From Azolla caroliniana (lineage: Eukaryota; Plantae; Polypodiophyta), in contig JBHGNT010000005.1 of NCBI GenBank assembly GCA_043228905.1, positions 6,138,001 through 6,202,000 of the forward strand: 64,000 nt of DNA, written 5' to 3'. Below the pieces are notes generated by a model. The model saw only the letters and a program-made list of their open reading frames with translations, searched no databases and was not told the DNA's origin. The first letter of the stretch is position 1, and each line of letters starts with the position of its first letter. This document shows positions 35,601 to 49,300 of this stretch, piece after piece. A program made the translations under genes and the position numbers.

Positions 35601-38372
35601 GGAAGGATCTTCAATCCAACAATGACCGTAAGCGGATGCATGCATTGTCTCATGGATTTTTATCACAAGCTCTTGTTTGACGCATATCATTATTATTCTG
35701 ATGTGTGAAAGTAACCGTCCCCTTAAGGATTGGTATTAATCCTGAATAGAGGGCTTGAGAAACATTTTTTCTGCATCATAAGATTCTTTTTCTCGGGCTA
35801 CAAACAGAGCTCCTTCCTTTATTGTATTTCATTGTTGTGGACTTGGTGCCTACCATCTTTGCAATTACAATAGGGAAAAACACAGCACAATAGTCCTAAT
35901 TTGTCAAGTTTATACCAAAATATTCCTTTGTAGTAAAGCAATACAGTAGGTTATTCTGTTAGTTTTCTAAAGTAGGGCATTCTTATCAATACTGCACAAG
36001 CTAAGTTTATTTGGATGTTTTTCCGTTACTATAGTGAATGCAAAATATCACTGTTGGGATAGTGGTTCAGAATTTCGTCATGCATGTTTTATTGTCCAAA
36101 TGTTTTATCTTGATGACCGATACAGTCCCTGCTTATATGTATCAACTGATACATTTGATGCATGGAATGGAGAGTTTGGAGTGAGTGAGAAATGATAAGA
36201 ACACGAGTGTGCAAATGGGTGGCCTAAACTTCACATATCCACTGTCAGGAAACCAATCAGATTGACCTAACTTTAGCTTTTAAATTACTTCTACAGCTTA
36301 TCCACTGTCAGGAAACCAATCAGATTGACCTAACCTTAGCTTCTAAATTACTTTTACAGCTTAGTTACATGTATGCTCATAACACTATATGTGTATGTGT
36401 AAGAAGCTCAAACTCCATTGTGCTCTGCTTCCTTCAAGAATCGCTCCCCTATTAATAGCTGTAGTGCTCCTGTCAGCTCCTCAATTCAATTAGTTTGTTA
36501 TTCGCAAATCTTACCACCAGTGTGTTCTCAATGACCTCTTTTGTGGTGTGTATAATAAAGAAATAGGCAATCTACCTGAATAAACGCTGTGATTTTAATT
36601 TCAGCATTGTTCTCTATTAGTTTGTATCACAATGTAGATGCTTTATTCCTTCTTTTCTCATTTTTATTATGTCACTATTTTGCATTTTTCTCTATTTGTT
36701 TGTATCATAATGTGGATGCTTTATTCCTTCTTTTCTCATTTTTATTTATGTCACTATTTTGGGCAGCTAATTTTCAGGATGGAGATCCAATATATTCATC
36801 ACAGATGGTGCGTTTCCGTTTTGGATATTCTCATACTGGGCAGTCTCCGGGGAGTGGCGTTGTTGATTGTTTGTCAGACCAACCGAGAAACATAAATATG
36901 GGTGATTATGTCTGGACATATGAATCACCTGCATTTCCAATGGCCCAGGTTTAGATCCAAAATAGCTTTTTACTATAGTTATTGCATCAAAAGTCCATTT
37001 AATTTAAGATATCCCAATGATACTAAGTTCTTTCTTTGTGGGCATATTGGTAGTGTTTGTTTACAGTCGAGGTCTTTTTATTGTATTGAAATATTTAATT
37101 CATACATAAAGGGCATATGAGGAGTGTGCAGCCAATGTCTTTTTATGTTGTTAAAATGCCATTTATCCATAAAGGAAAAAATACAAGTTTTCGTTGTGCA
37201 TATGATATTTTTAATATAGATTGGGAAGTTATGACAGATATTTTTTCTGAATTACAGGAAGATACTTTGCAGTCATTTAGGCTTCCAAGGCCTGTACTCT
37301 GCATTGGTGGCATTTTCCAGGTTGAATTGATAGGCCGGGTTCAAACTCAGGCAATCGATAGTCTATATTATATTTGGTAAGTTATCTTTGAATACCATTT
37401 CTTTTTAAATATTTTACTTTTGCAAACACATTCTAGTTGATATATGAAAAGCAAAATTGTCTGAAAACATCATACTCTCATGATGAAAATGTTTTACGGA
37501 TCAGGTTAAATCAAAACGTTTTCAAATATGTGGTGAACCTTGATCTTCCAATGCTAGTACTTTACGTTTGTTTGAAATCTTGTCTTTTATTTGACTTTAT
37601 TCATAACCATTCAAAATATGAAGTGAACTTTGATTAGGTCTAATAGCAGTCATAATCCACTTTTGTTTGAAATCTTGTCTTTAATTTTACCTTTATTCCT
37701 AGTCTTATTACATTTTTTCCAAATTCATCCTCTTGGTTGTGATCTTAATCTTCATATTGTGTCTTGTTCTTGATTTGAACACCAGATCTTAATATCTTGA
37801 CCAAAATGCTCAATTTTGAGCTTCATTGAAATTTATAGTAGGTGAAGGCCTATCCCCTATTATTATACATGAAATTTGATTATAATAATAATAATAAATA
37901 CAAACATAAAATCTGTCTTGACAATATGTGAAAACAAACTATTGCATTCTCAGTATGAGGCTCTACCAAGGTCTTCCTTCTGCAATGTTTACAACTTACA
38001 TCGGCTGTATATAGTTCAGCACTTCCTTCTGTTTGGTGACTACATATAGTAAGCAATTTCCAAAACTTATGTATCATAGTCAATATTACTAATGTCACCA
38101 TATGGCATAATGATTCTTTTTGCAGTATTGCCTATGTGCATGTCCATGGGTTCCCAGTGTCTGATTTCAAGCTCGAAAGCATCGGGAAAGGTGGCAAGTA
38201 TTCATTCAAGTATCTGCTGGAACAAGAAAGGTGTGAATCTTCAAGAACAGAGCAACGTTTACCTAAGAAGGCTCAACTGCTACAATTGATTAGGGAAAAC
38301 CATTATCTCCTCCAGGTTATGTTACAGAACCACTATGATGGTGTGCTTCCTCGAGATGAGGATATTGAATAA
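32627..38372 (+). CDS. F-box protein (At4g00755-like family), 358 aa, 5 coding exons
   Basis: Exons 32627-32756, 35054-35452, 36767-36948, 37258-37376, 38126-38372 (1077 nt, in phase). F-box LFDKLDNETAIYVFSML...DLVNAACVCRLWRE. Family motifs ASSTDNLPQESI, SYWSSTG..ETLTYRL, PIYSS, LCIGG..VELIGRVQ, LYYIC. Probable 5' UTR donor at 31380. Confidence 0.85.
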
Positions 38373-41300
38373 CAGGGGCTCAACGAAAAAAATTAAATGC
38401 AAATAGTGATTGATTGGTTGATTCAGCATCTTTTTTAAAACAATGTAGTGGATATAAATCATGATCAATCAAATTAGAAGAGCTTTGCTATTTTAAATCA
38501 AGCTGTTTTCTTCTATCAAAGTGACTCCTGTTATTTTGAAACTTTCGTGTGGTTTGTGATTTATGGTGACAATAATCGGAAAGGAATTTGTAATGTCTTT
38601 AACTTATGCAGTGCATTCATTATAAACTTTAACAATTCATGCAAGATGTATTATTTATTGCATTTTGGGATGATAAAGAGTCCAGAATTGTTTCTTTTGG
38701 AATTTCGGAGGCATTTTATAAAGAAAGTCTAGAAATGTTTCTTTTAGAGTTTCAGAGGCACTTTGCAATGATAAATAAAGTCTAGAGATCTTTCGTTTAC
38801 AAGTGGTACTGCATTTTTTGGTGATTTCTTTGTTTTGATGAATCAAATGGTGCTATCTCTGTTCATAGCTTCTTGTTTTGACAAACTTTAGAAAACAAAT
38901 GGTTGTCTACAGTAAAAATGTGCCCCAAAAGATGCATCAAAAGAATTCCAATGATGTGAATGATAAAGGGTGTTGATCGTGATAATGTTCAGCTTTAAGC
39001 TGATTGTGAAAGGCTCGTCCATTGTAATAAACATAATTTTATGCTGTGATTAAAAGGCTCAATGAGTATGTAAAACATAATTCAAAGGATCCATAATGGT
39101 GCATGCTACAGGTTTGAAGTTCATGGAATGATTCCTTCTGAATAAAGAATGCCAAAGTTATTGAGGTAACATAATATATAATTAGTTTTCTATTGTTTGT
39201 GGGTGGTTAATTCAGGTTGAACCTAATGTATGAGACAGCACCCAAAGGACACAACGAGACAATACTAAATATTCGTAGTCTGTAAAGGCTCACATTAAGC
39301 CAACTAAATTGGTCTTTCCCTCTAGTGCATCCTAATTTCATTAATCTCCCACTACAAGGACCAATTCTTCTACATATGCATAGATAAACAATAAATGTAG
39401 GAACTTGGAACTTCATTTCTCACTAGTTGGGCAAGTACTACAAACCTTTCATTTTTTTATTATTGTCTACCTATGACCAACAAGCCTGCATCAAATACAA
39501 CTAGTAATTGATGATCCAATTGCTAGGAATATGAAGCTAATGTCGCTACTTTGAACAAATTTTCTTTTTCAATATGATGATATAGGAATATGAAGCTAAA
39601 TACGTTTCGTAATATAGGAGAACACCCTTTGTTTATATTATTACTGGTACCTGATATATAAAACTAATGTTGTCTAACTAAATGAGCTAGGTCCAATTAC
39701 ATGGACTTTGTGTATTTAGACATGTACCTTTTGAAAGGGCACATACAATTTTTTGACATAAAAAAGCTTGTGTCACTTAACACTCATTTTCCATCATCTT
39801 ATCGGATTTTATGGCTTCCTTATGAGTGTTTGCCCATACAAAGCCGAACTCTACTTGTCTAACTAGATGACCTAGGTCCAATTACAAGAACTTTGTTTTT
39901 TTAGACATGTACCTTGTGAAAGAGCACATACAATTTGTTTGACATAAAAAATCTTGTGTGACTTAACTCTCATTTTCCATCATGTTATTGGACTTCATGA
40001 CTTCCTTAAGAGTATTTGCCTATACAAAGCCAAACTCTATAATGGGTATAGTTTTAAAATCTATATATCTTTTCTTGGTATTGAAACTTCCCTTTTAAGA
40101 TAAAATTGTGGAGCTCATAGTGACCTATCAATTTAAGTTATGCTTGTCCAAATGGGAAATTGTATGATCAAGGTATGCCTGAAATAATGAAACAATTGAT
40201 GAGACAATGAGAACGAGATGTACAAATGATTACATAGATATTAAGACAAGAAAAATAAGGACAATCAAATCTTCTCTTAGTACAAAATCTCTCCTTACAA
40301 AAGAGTTTTGTTCACATTATTGTTGGATTTGTTTCTTACCAATTGGACATGTGACATGACTCAAGACAACCACAAGATACTTCACCATACAATCACTTAA
40401 TTAGTGGGCCAATAGCTTTACTCTTGATTTCAAGCATATAGTCTATAGTCTAAAATGTGTAGAAAATGAATTACACATACACATAATCTCAATCTCTACT
40501 ATGGAAATGTACATATAATTAAAATGATCACTTCATATGCTTCGGTGATACCCTTAGGTTGGCTTACGCTAGAAAAGGTAGTCAAATTTTATTTGCCATA
40601 TAAGAAACACTATAAACCATTGCTAAATAAGAAATCTTGCAATATATAGTCTTAACTCATGAATTGAATGAATGCTTGCACATTTATTAATACCTGAACT
40701 CTTTATGAAAAAGATTGTTGAATGTTGACACCTAATGTTAATATGGGTTCACCTTTTTTATCTAAGAAGCGGTGCATTTCCACTAATGAGATATATTCAT
40801 CTTAAAGAGATCCAAGCAATTGTCTTTATGGTTCCTTCAATAATATTCATTTTAAATGCATAGTTAATATCGTAAGAATTGTGGAAATCACTCAGCTCGA
40901 TGAAAAATAAATCTATTTTGAAACCAGTTCTAATATCTAGGAGCCTTCCTACCAAGCCTCATGATAGTACTTGCCTCTATGTTATGGTTAAGTTTTGTCC
41001 AAAAAATGCCTCAATGTACGACACTAGGCTTTATATTATGGATGTAAAGGATCGCATTTGTATATTCTAAAGTAAACACTATTATGGATATAAAGGAGTT
41101 TATTGAACATGACGTGAAGTTTCATTCAGAGTAAATGAATATTAAGTACACGGACTTTACCATGCCTAGAGAAATCCAAAACAAATCTATCCATATATTG
41201 TTGGCCATGGTTTAGGGATTCGTATCGAAGCCATGAGTCCACGAGTAAAAGGCACTTGCATCAAAAAATGAACATTTGGCTCCATGTTCTTGGTTATTGC

Positions 41301-42589
41301 GGTACAACCTTGAATGCACGCGATAACCATTGAGACATGCGATATTATTTATAATAACACATGGTGTATTATTAATCTCTGAATTGATTGTATTCGTTAT
41401 AACTAGTTTGCAAATTGCTTTGGTAGTCAGTTTTGTCTACCATCTTAAATACCCTTGTACGTAACGTTATTAGGAAAGTGACCTAGATACATCGAATTCT
41501 TAGAACTCATGTAAAGTTTTGATTTCCTCTTACTAGAAATGACAAAATGCAACAACCAACTAAGTGGGCTTTGTTGTAAGAGGTTGCCAACATTGGCATA
41601 GCTTATGAGTCAAATATCAAGAGGTAAGCTTGTTTCGAAATACCAAGCTTAAAGTTGTATTATAAAATCAACATGATTGTAAAAATTGATGTTGTTGGGT
41701 AAAATCAAGTCCTAAGAAGTGGTATAAACACTATGTTTATCTTGCACTACCACAAAAAACCTTTCTAGGGTATGAGAATAGTAAATCCCCCCAAATGTTT
41801 CTTTTAAAATGATTCAAATGCCCTTGCTTTTTTTAATCAATCGAAATGATGTTACCATAACATTATTCGCAAATGATGTGTTGCTTTTTTATCTATATTA
41901 GAGAAGTTGATCAACATGTTCCTATATTTTTCTAAATGTTACCAGGAAAACTACTCGAGTTTATTTATTTATTGAAATTTTACCAAGATACCCCTCGTTT
42001 TTTGTTGTGGAAGTAATGAAAGGTGGCAGTTTTGAGAGGGGTTCAAGAGAAGCCTAGTTTTGTAGTTTCTATAAAGTTCACAAGGAGCCTAGTTTTGTAA
42101 TTTGGAGAAACGAGAAGCAGATATACATTTTACTAAAAAGTCCTTCTTCTTTTTTTAAAAAGGGAGAGAAAGCTTTTGCCTAAATCCGGGATTCTGATTA
42201 AGTGAATCTCAACCGTCCGATGAACAGAACGGATGGAGGGCCAAGATTCGATGAGCCCCCTCCACCTTCCCGCCACGTGTCGGTCGAAGAGAACCTGTTG
42301 CGCCGGTCATCTTCTGCCCCTGTCTTCCTTCAACACACGTTAAGCTCCGGAATTAGTTCTCTGCTTCTGCGTCTTCTTCTTCTTCTTCGTCTTCTTCTTC
42401 GCCATAGCCTCCTTTGCTCTCTATTCTGAGCTCGACCCGCCTCCCCCCCCATCAGAACCCCCCCCTTTCTCATTTGTGCGCCTCTCTGTTTCTCGTTCCT
42501 GCGTAATCTTTCTCGGCTTCTCTTCTCTCCATCACTGCCGCCACAGCCTGAAGCGTGTGCATGAGCGCTTTTTGTATTCGCTTGTTTCG

Positions 42590-44068
42590 ATGAGAGACTC
42601 TGGGAGTGACCAGACGAATGGTTCTTCGCATTATTCAGAAGATGAAGGAGAAGAGAAAGACAGAGAACCTCGAAAATCTCTCCAAAGTGGAGAAGAGATC
42701 ATCGCTGTTACCACGGGATCGGATGAGCAAGTAAGTGGTATGCTAACCTGCAACAAAGAATATTCATTCGTGTTAGAGCCATCTCTGAAGGATATTTCTG
42801 ATGAGAAATGTAGTGAGGATGTTGGGTCGCAGAAAAATAAGCTTAGTCTTGACCAAAACCCTAGTCGTGATGGCGATAAGGAGATTGCATATAAGCAAGG
42901 TAATTGGCTTGTGAGTGAGATTCTCATCCTTCTTGAAGCAAAAGCCAAAGAAGAAGAGTCATGTTATGGAGAGAGTAAGAAAAATAGGGTCTTAGCTGAT
43001 GATAAATGGAAAAATGTATCGGCCTATTGTAAGAACAAAGGAGTGAACCGAAGTAAAGAGCAATGTAGGATAAAATGGGACAACATGATGCCTGATTTTC
43101 GAAAGATACGAGACTATGAAGAGCAAAAGGAGGGTTGTGTTCAATCATATTTTGAGATGGAGGGTTGGGAAAGAAGGGCTAAGATACTACCGAGTAACAT
43201 GGATATAGAAGTGTACCAAAGGATTGCAAATATACTCTCCAATAAACCACCCCTTCCTCCTTCGAAAGGAGGTTTCGGTGGGCTTAAAAGAGAGGCTAGG
43301 GAGAAGAGGATTTCGACTAACTCTTTGCCTTCACCCCCTCCTCCTCTTCACTTAGTGCATGCTGTTGATGTACCGAGCATGGTCAGGTTGGAGGGTGCAA
43401 ACCTGCCCTTAGCTGAGCATGTCGGGAAACTTGACATAGCCACTTCAAGGAAGAGGAGAAGGAAGACAATCGACAACAACGAGAATGAGAATGAGAAAGT
43501 TGTCACACACTTCAAACCCGAACCCGAAATCCAGGCGGACAACCAAACCGATTTGAAAGACGGCTCATCTACAGAGGATGATACCACAGTGATGTCGTCC
43601 CGATCGCAACATGAGCACCATATGTCCTCCCGCCTTTTCGCAGAGAGAACTTGCTTACCTGCTTCACAAACCAACGATGAGAACTATGCATTCTTCTCGA
43701 AGCATTTGCAGCTTGAAAGAATGAGACCTGAGAATCCCCATTACGGAGCATCCCCGTCACCACCGACACATCCTTTGGCTTCCCGGAATGCCTTTGAAAA
43801 AAACGGTGCTAATACTAGTCAATTTGACGGTGTAGATGATAAAGGTGCTCACCATAACGGACATGATACTCCCAGTGGTGTTAAGAACAACGATGTGGTA
43901 GCTTTTGTCGAGGATCGGAAGGATGCTCGGCATCGGGATATGATTGCTCTGGAGAGGGAGAAGCTTGTTGTGTTTAAGGAGGCTAGCTATACAATTGCAA
44001 GTGCAATGACAAATGCGGTTGCTATGTTCTCAAAGGTTGCTGAAGAGCTCCTATTTAGACACCATTAA
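42590..44068 (+). CDS. Trihelix (Myb/SANT-like) transcription factor, SH4/ASR3-like, 492 aa, intronless CDS
   Basis: NWLVSEILILLEAK...KWKNVSAYCKNKGVNRSKEQCRIKWDNMMPDFRKIRDYE...SYFEMEGWERRAKILP; basic NLS-like RKRRRK; C-terminal helical segment. First in-frame ATG is at 42590. Confidence 0.85.
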   Translation: MRDSGSDQTNGSSHYSEDEGEEKDREPRKSLQSGEEIIAVTTGSDEQVSGMLTCNKEYSFVLEPSLKDISDEKCSEDVGSQKNKLSLDQNPSRDGDKEIAYKQGNWLVSEILILLEAKAKEEESCYGESKKNRVLADDKWKNVSAYCKNKGVNRSKEQCRIKWDNMMPDFRKIRDYEEQKEGCVQSYFEMEGWERRAKILPSNMDIEVYQRIANILSNKPPLPPSKGGFGGLKREAREKRISTNSLPSPPPPLHLVHAVDVPSMVRLEGANLPLAEHVGKLDIATSRKRRRKTIDNNENENEKVVTHFKPEPEIQADNQTDLKDGSSTEDDTTVMSSRSQHEHHMSSRLFAERTCLPASQTNDENYAFFSKHLQLERMRPENPHYGASPSPPTHPLASRNAFEKNGANTSQFDGVDDKGAHHNGHDTPSGVKNNDVVAFVEDRKDARHRDMIALEREKLVVFKEASYTIASAMTNAVAMFSKVAEELLFRHH

Positions 44069-46362
44069 CACATTATCATCATTGCTGGTAGGTGATGGTT
44101 GGCTATTGTCTCAAAGGCTGCTGAATAGCTCCTCAGTAGACACCAGTAATACATTATTATCACATAAGAAAGGCTCTTTTGAGGTTGTGCTCGCAACATC
44201 TGGATTAAGTCTAATTGTTGGTAGAAGGGAACGAATCTGCATTGTTGATGTGAAAGTCATTGTCATTGATGAATCAAGTAAAATTTTTGAAGGGTTAAAA
44301 GGGTGACCAGTGATGGAGTTTTTCGTCAATTAGCAAAGCTGATCTCTTTCTTGTTACTCATTGCATGTGCAAAACTCGTGTCCTAACTCTCATGTTTCCA
44401 AAATACAGGGAGAGGGGAGAACTGAAGAAATGATATCTAGTTTCTCCCATGTTCTTATGAGGTTTATTAGTTTCTTTATACGTCCCAATGGGGTCACTCT
44501 TTACTCATCTATTATATGCCATCATAAGTTTCCTAGTTGAGAAACATATAAAGTTTCTTGCTTTATTCTAGATGCCTTGTTATGAAGCATGAGTACCAGA
44601 TTCTAAAATGCACTCTAATAGACACAAGATATAGGTGGATATATGGTATATGGTCTTCTTTGAAACAGACCAATTGTAATCTATGAGAGCTGGAAGAGGT
44701 TTTGGTTACATGGCAATTTTTTTAATTAACCTAATTTGCATTACAAGGAGCTTTCAATTTGCACAGTAGCTTCAAAAGCAAGTGGGAAAAAGTAAGAAAT
44801 ACAAATTCTATTTCAGGTAGCATTAAAAACTTACGCTACATAAGCATTAAAAAGATATTATAAACATCTTTTCTAAAATCACAAGTCTCGTAAAAATCTA
44901 TATATGTATGTTCAAAGCACGAGAATTATGGTAGATGCAGTACTTTCTTCCAGAGAAATTGAAAGGAAATGAAATGAATAAATTTTTTATGAAGGGAAAT
45001 TGTGATATTATAACCCCCATCAATGCCAAAGATTAAGCCGCTTTGGAATTGGTCAGCCCAATAACACTATTGAATCTTTGAAAACAGCGTTATATGCGGG
45101 TCTTCTCCTATCAAACATTGCACCAGGCATAAAGTTGTAGCCGTGCTAATGAGCTAATGCACTGGCATCATGGGAGAATCGGATGGAACTGAAATATAAC
45201 AATTAGCTTTATCTAGCAATGGTCATCCTCCATATATGATGGAACTATTGAGTCCCTTCTGGGGTTCACATATAACATTTACAATTATAAAATTTTATGA
45301 CTAATGCAAAGAGCTTTATTTTTTAGAAAAGAAATAGAAACTATAATATTGTTGTAAATTATAGTAAAAGTAAAAAGTGAGTGAATTGAGTACTTTTTAA
45401 GAAGGGAAATTGTGATATTGTCGTGAATATAGTATGAGCACAAAGCAAATAGACGGAGGATGTCCTTTCAGACATATTACCCTTTAAGCCATTTCCATTG
45501 CTATTCAGTTTATTTCTGAAAACAAAATTCTACTAGGTAAAGAACAAGCAACTCAGGCGAAGGTTTAGGAAAGCACCTGCATACATATTCTTCAAATAGA
45601 AATTTACTTTGGAAGGAAACTGGCCTTACAAATATGTCTGTTAAGTTTATCACTAGGATATCCTTAATCTAATCTGACAAGTATAGGGTAATGCTATGAG
45701 AATTAGGTTGTTACTGTGCAAGGAGACGCATAGCATATCAAATATGCAATAAAGACCAAGCTTTACTGGTGAATTAAATTCCTCGTTCACTTAAAACAGA
45801 CATGAGTATGTAATTAAATCAATGTCAGTTATTGTACATCCAGCTGATCTTCAATACTACGGCCTCCAATCCTGGCTTGGTCAATTTTAATTAATAGAGA
45901 CCTCAATTGCATGACCTCTAATATTTACAAATAATTTATGACTCTAATCCTTTGACCAACACCATCTCAGAAACTGCTTCTTTCCCATTCTTCCAACCTG
46001 GTGGAGCAATTAACTCCTCTCATCAATGGAGAAAAGTTCCTAAATCATCCTCCACGCCTCCTGAGGTTACAAATAAATTTTAAACTTGACATACAATGAA
46101 GCAAATACATCCCCAACTAGTAAGTATTCAATGAACGAGGATAGATAGTACACCAATGTACCTGATAGTGTACAATGATATCCAAATATTCTGTAATTGA
46201 ATCCTTACTATCACATCATTGATTTAGAGGATGATGATATTGGGTTATGATTCAAATCCTGCTTCAAATTCAGCATCAGAAGATTCTAGTTCACAAGCGA
46301 TCACTTCCTGCTACATAAGAGGGAATTAAATGCATGAACTGGTTGAACCTTAGGCAAAGAGT

Positions 46363-49300
46363 TTAGCCAGCTTCAGACACATTATCTTCAAAAGATGTTT
46401 TAAAGAATCCGGAGGGTTTCTCCGATCGCTCATGTCTGAAAATCCGTAATCTGCCTTCCTGAATACCTCAAGATTATCATCAAAACACATGCTTAGGCAC
46501 ATAATTGATTAAAACAACAATGTGAAAGAGTAATAAGAAAAAATTTCAAAACTACCCCAAGCTTTTCTATATTTCAACAAACCAAAAAGTTCTGTTAATT
46601 CTTCAAACTCCCTACTATAATTGCTCCAAGCCAAGGATTGACCGAATACATTTGGGGAAACAGAGAAGTTGGAGTTGTTTCAGAAATTTTGCCTATTTAT
46701 GAAAATAGGAGCTTATTGTTTTCCAGTTTGTAAGTATTTCCAAACTAGGCTTCCAAAAATAATAGATTTTTCTCTAGAGGCAGTGAGGCAATGCTAAAAA
46801 GACCAGATCAGAAATTCAAACCAACAAAGAAAGGTACCTTAGTTCCATAGGCAAGACCACCCCCAACTTCAGGATGAAAACAGGCAACATTTACTTCATC
46901 TTCAGCACTCGGTAGCACTTTGACGAGCTCCATATCAGAAACTCTGTACACCTGTGATTGACAAATCATATTAAATGCATGGATGGTAACCTGCTTATTG
47001 ATTTCTTGAGCGGGATCAAAAATAAATAAGGATGGGTACTTTCAAGACAGATGAATAATGAAAATGCAAAGGAGAACTGAAATCAAACCTCTAAGATTGT
47101 GAAGATGGGAATAGTTGTTGTCCCATTAACTACAATGCTCCTCAAAAGAGAGTCATGTCGCCGACCATAAGCTAATAAAATATGATCAGAGGCAGGTGAA
47201 AACTGTAAAGTAGACATCAGAATATTAGAGAATGGCAATTAGACTTCTGAGATATTTGTTCTTACAAAACTAAAAGATACTACAGGAAAACAGCAAACAA
47301 ACCTGAATGGAAGTAAGACAATGAGCAGCTCTGATTGCCCTGGATGCAAGAACCTCACCAAACCTACACACGACAACAAAAAGTTCTCAAGCCTAAACTT
47401 ATCATTCTATACAAAAACATAGTTTAAATCATTTCTATGGTACAAAAGAGAGTTTATAGGGGAAATCTCTGAAATACTCATGAGATTTCAATATTTCTCC
47501 AAATGCCATTAATGAAGGGCCAAATAAGAGAGAAAAAGGGTGAAGTGATAGAGCACATAATTCACAAAAAAGGGCATAGATTAACCATCATATACTTTCT
47601 CAAATGCACACATAATTGGTCATTGGGGTTTGACCAAGTCCATGTAGCAAAATTGCAAGAAACTAAGGGCATTTGGGGATATAAAGAAAACTTATGGGGT
47701 ATTTTATAGTTTTTCCTCTAATTTATATGGTATGAAGGAGGCTTACGTGGCATCTTCCAGAGAATACACTCGAAGTTCATAAATAACCTGCTGAGCAGAT
47801 ATTGGATGCCGAGTTGGAGAGGTGCCTGCTGAAGCTGTCCCAATTATCGGTTGTCTAAAGTGAAATAAAGCATCTGAATCAGCAGGATGCAATACGCAGG
47901 CCACACATGCAGCTAAAAATCGTCCACAAGGTGAGAAATGAGCACCCATTTCACTGAAATGAAAGATAAATTTCATTAGAAAATCAGAAAATATTGACCC
48001 TTAATCAGCAAACACCATGATACAACCAAAGTCCAAAGAATCTGAGATTTACATAAAATTTAAATAATACATATTAAAGATTGGTATCCACGTGGTAACA
48101 TAGCATAAGATGAAAGTGTAATGCCAAGAATGAAATCAGTACCACATAATTTATACCAAATTTTAGATGAGAAATATTCTGAAATACTGAAGTGCACTTA
48201 TGTTGTGGTTATTTCCTCAAATGTCCTTGTTTAGTTAGCCCTGTCAGGGATTTCTGTGCTCCCTCAGCAATTATATAGTCAACTCGTCCCCTTCTCTTTT
48301 TTAGGGTTGACCAGGGTGTTTGGGGAATACGGAATACAAAGGGGCATTGGGAAAACAAGAAAAGGGGTATTTACAGTTTTCCATTTTTAGATTGTGTACA
48401 AAATAGAAGGGAAGAGAGGAAAAGAAAAAACTAAAATTTAATATTTATTACCTGCATAGCACAGCATGTGGAATCGTCAATTTGCATGTCCCTGGATCTA
48501 GAGCAGCAGTTGGATGCTTCATAGAATGAGGCCAGATTCTAAGCTTTACTGTACATGGCAATTCAGCAGCAGCTGCAGCTGCTGCTGTTGAAAGTTGGGG
48601 GGATGCTTCTGCTGCAGTCAGACCCAAGTTAGGGTCCCTATTAGCAAAACCATGGAGAATTCCAACGAGAACAGATGAATTAGCTCCCTCAGTATTTGAA
48701 TTCACCAATCCCCTATGCGTAGTTCCTCTACTACGACTTCCTCTGCTGGTTCCTGATCTTGTTACATTCCTGACATTAGTAGATGGAATCATCGTGGCAT
48801 CTTGATTTCTTTGTTGGTTCTCTTGTAAACGTTGGATTCCTCTTGCATCAATAGGAATATTAGGAACCACAATTATACAGTGCTGACTGTGTAAGGTCGA
48901 TTGGGCAAGTCCTGCCTGGGTTTGACCCATCATCCAGCCTTGCAAGAATGGTAATTCCCACCCTTCTGACTCATGCAAAGAATTATCTGCAACCAGCACC
49001 TGAACATTGACGTTGCTCCAACCACCAGTATTCGACCACAAGTTCATTCCATCTATATGCCCTTCTTGTATATTTGATGGGAAGTTCACACCTAGCAATG
49101 AATCCCTGGTTTCACTTCTTGGTAACACCCTTGTCAAATGGTGGTTATTTTCCACAGTAGAAGCTACTATGGGATTTCTGCTGTTAGGCCCATCAGCCAA
49201 CACCTGTCCTTCAGCAGCCCTAAGAAACATATCTACACCAGATTCCATATTGCTAGGAGTTTCTAACATATACGGTCTGTGATCCTCATTTCCTGTTGTT

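Noticed and set aside
45100-45260. TPP riboswitch or telomerase RNA
   Set aside because: Lacks the TPP core motifs (CTGAGA, ACCTGA...TAATG spacing), a telomere template and an upstream USE/TATA promoter.
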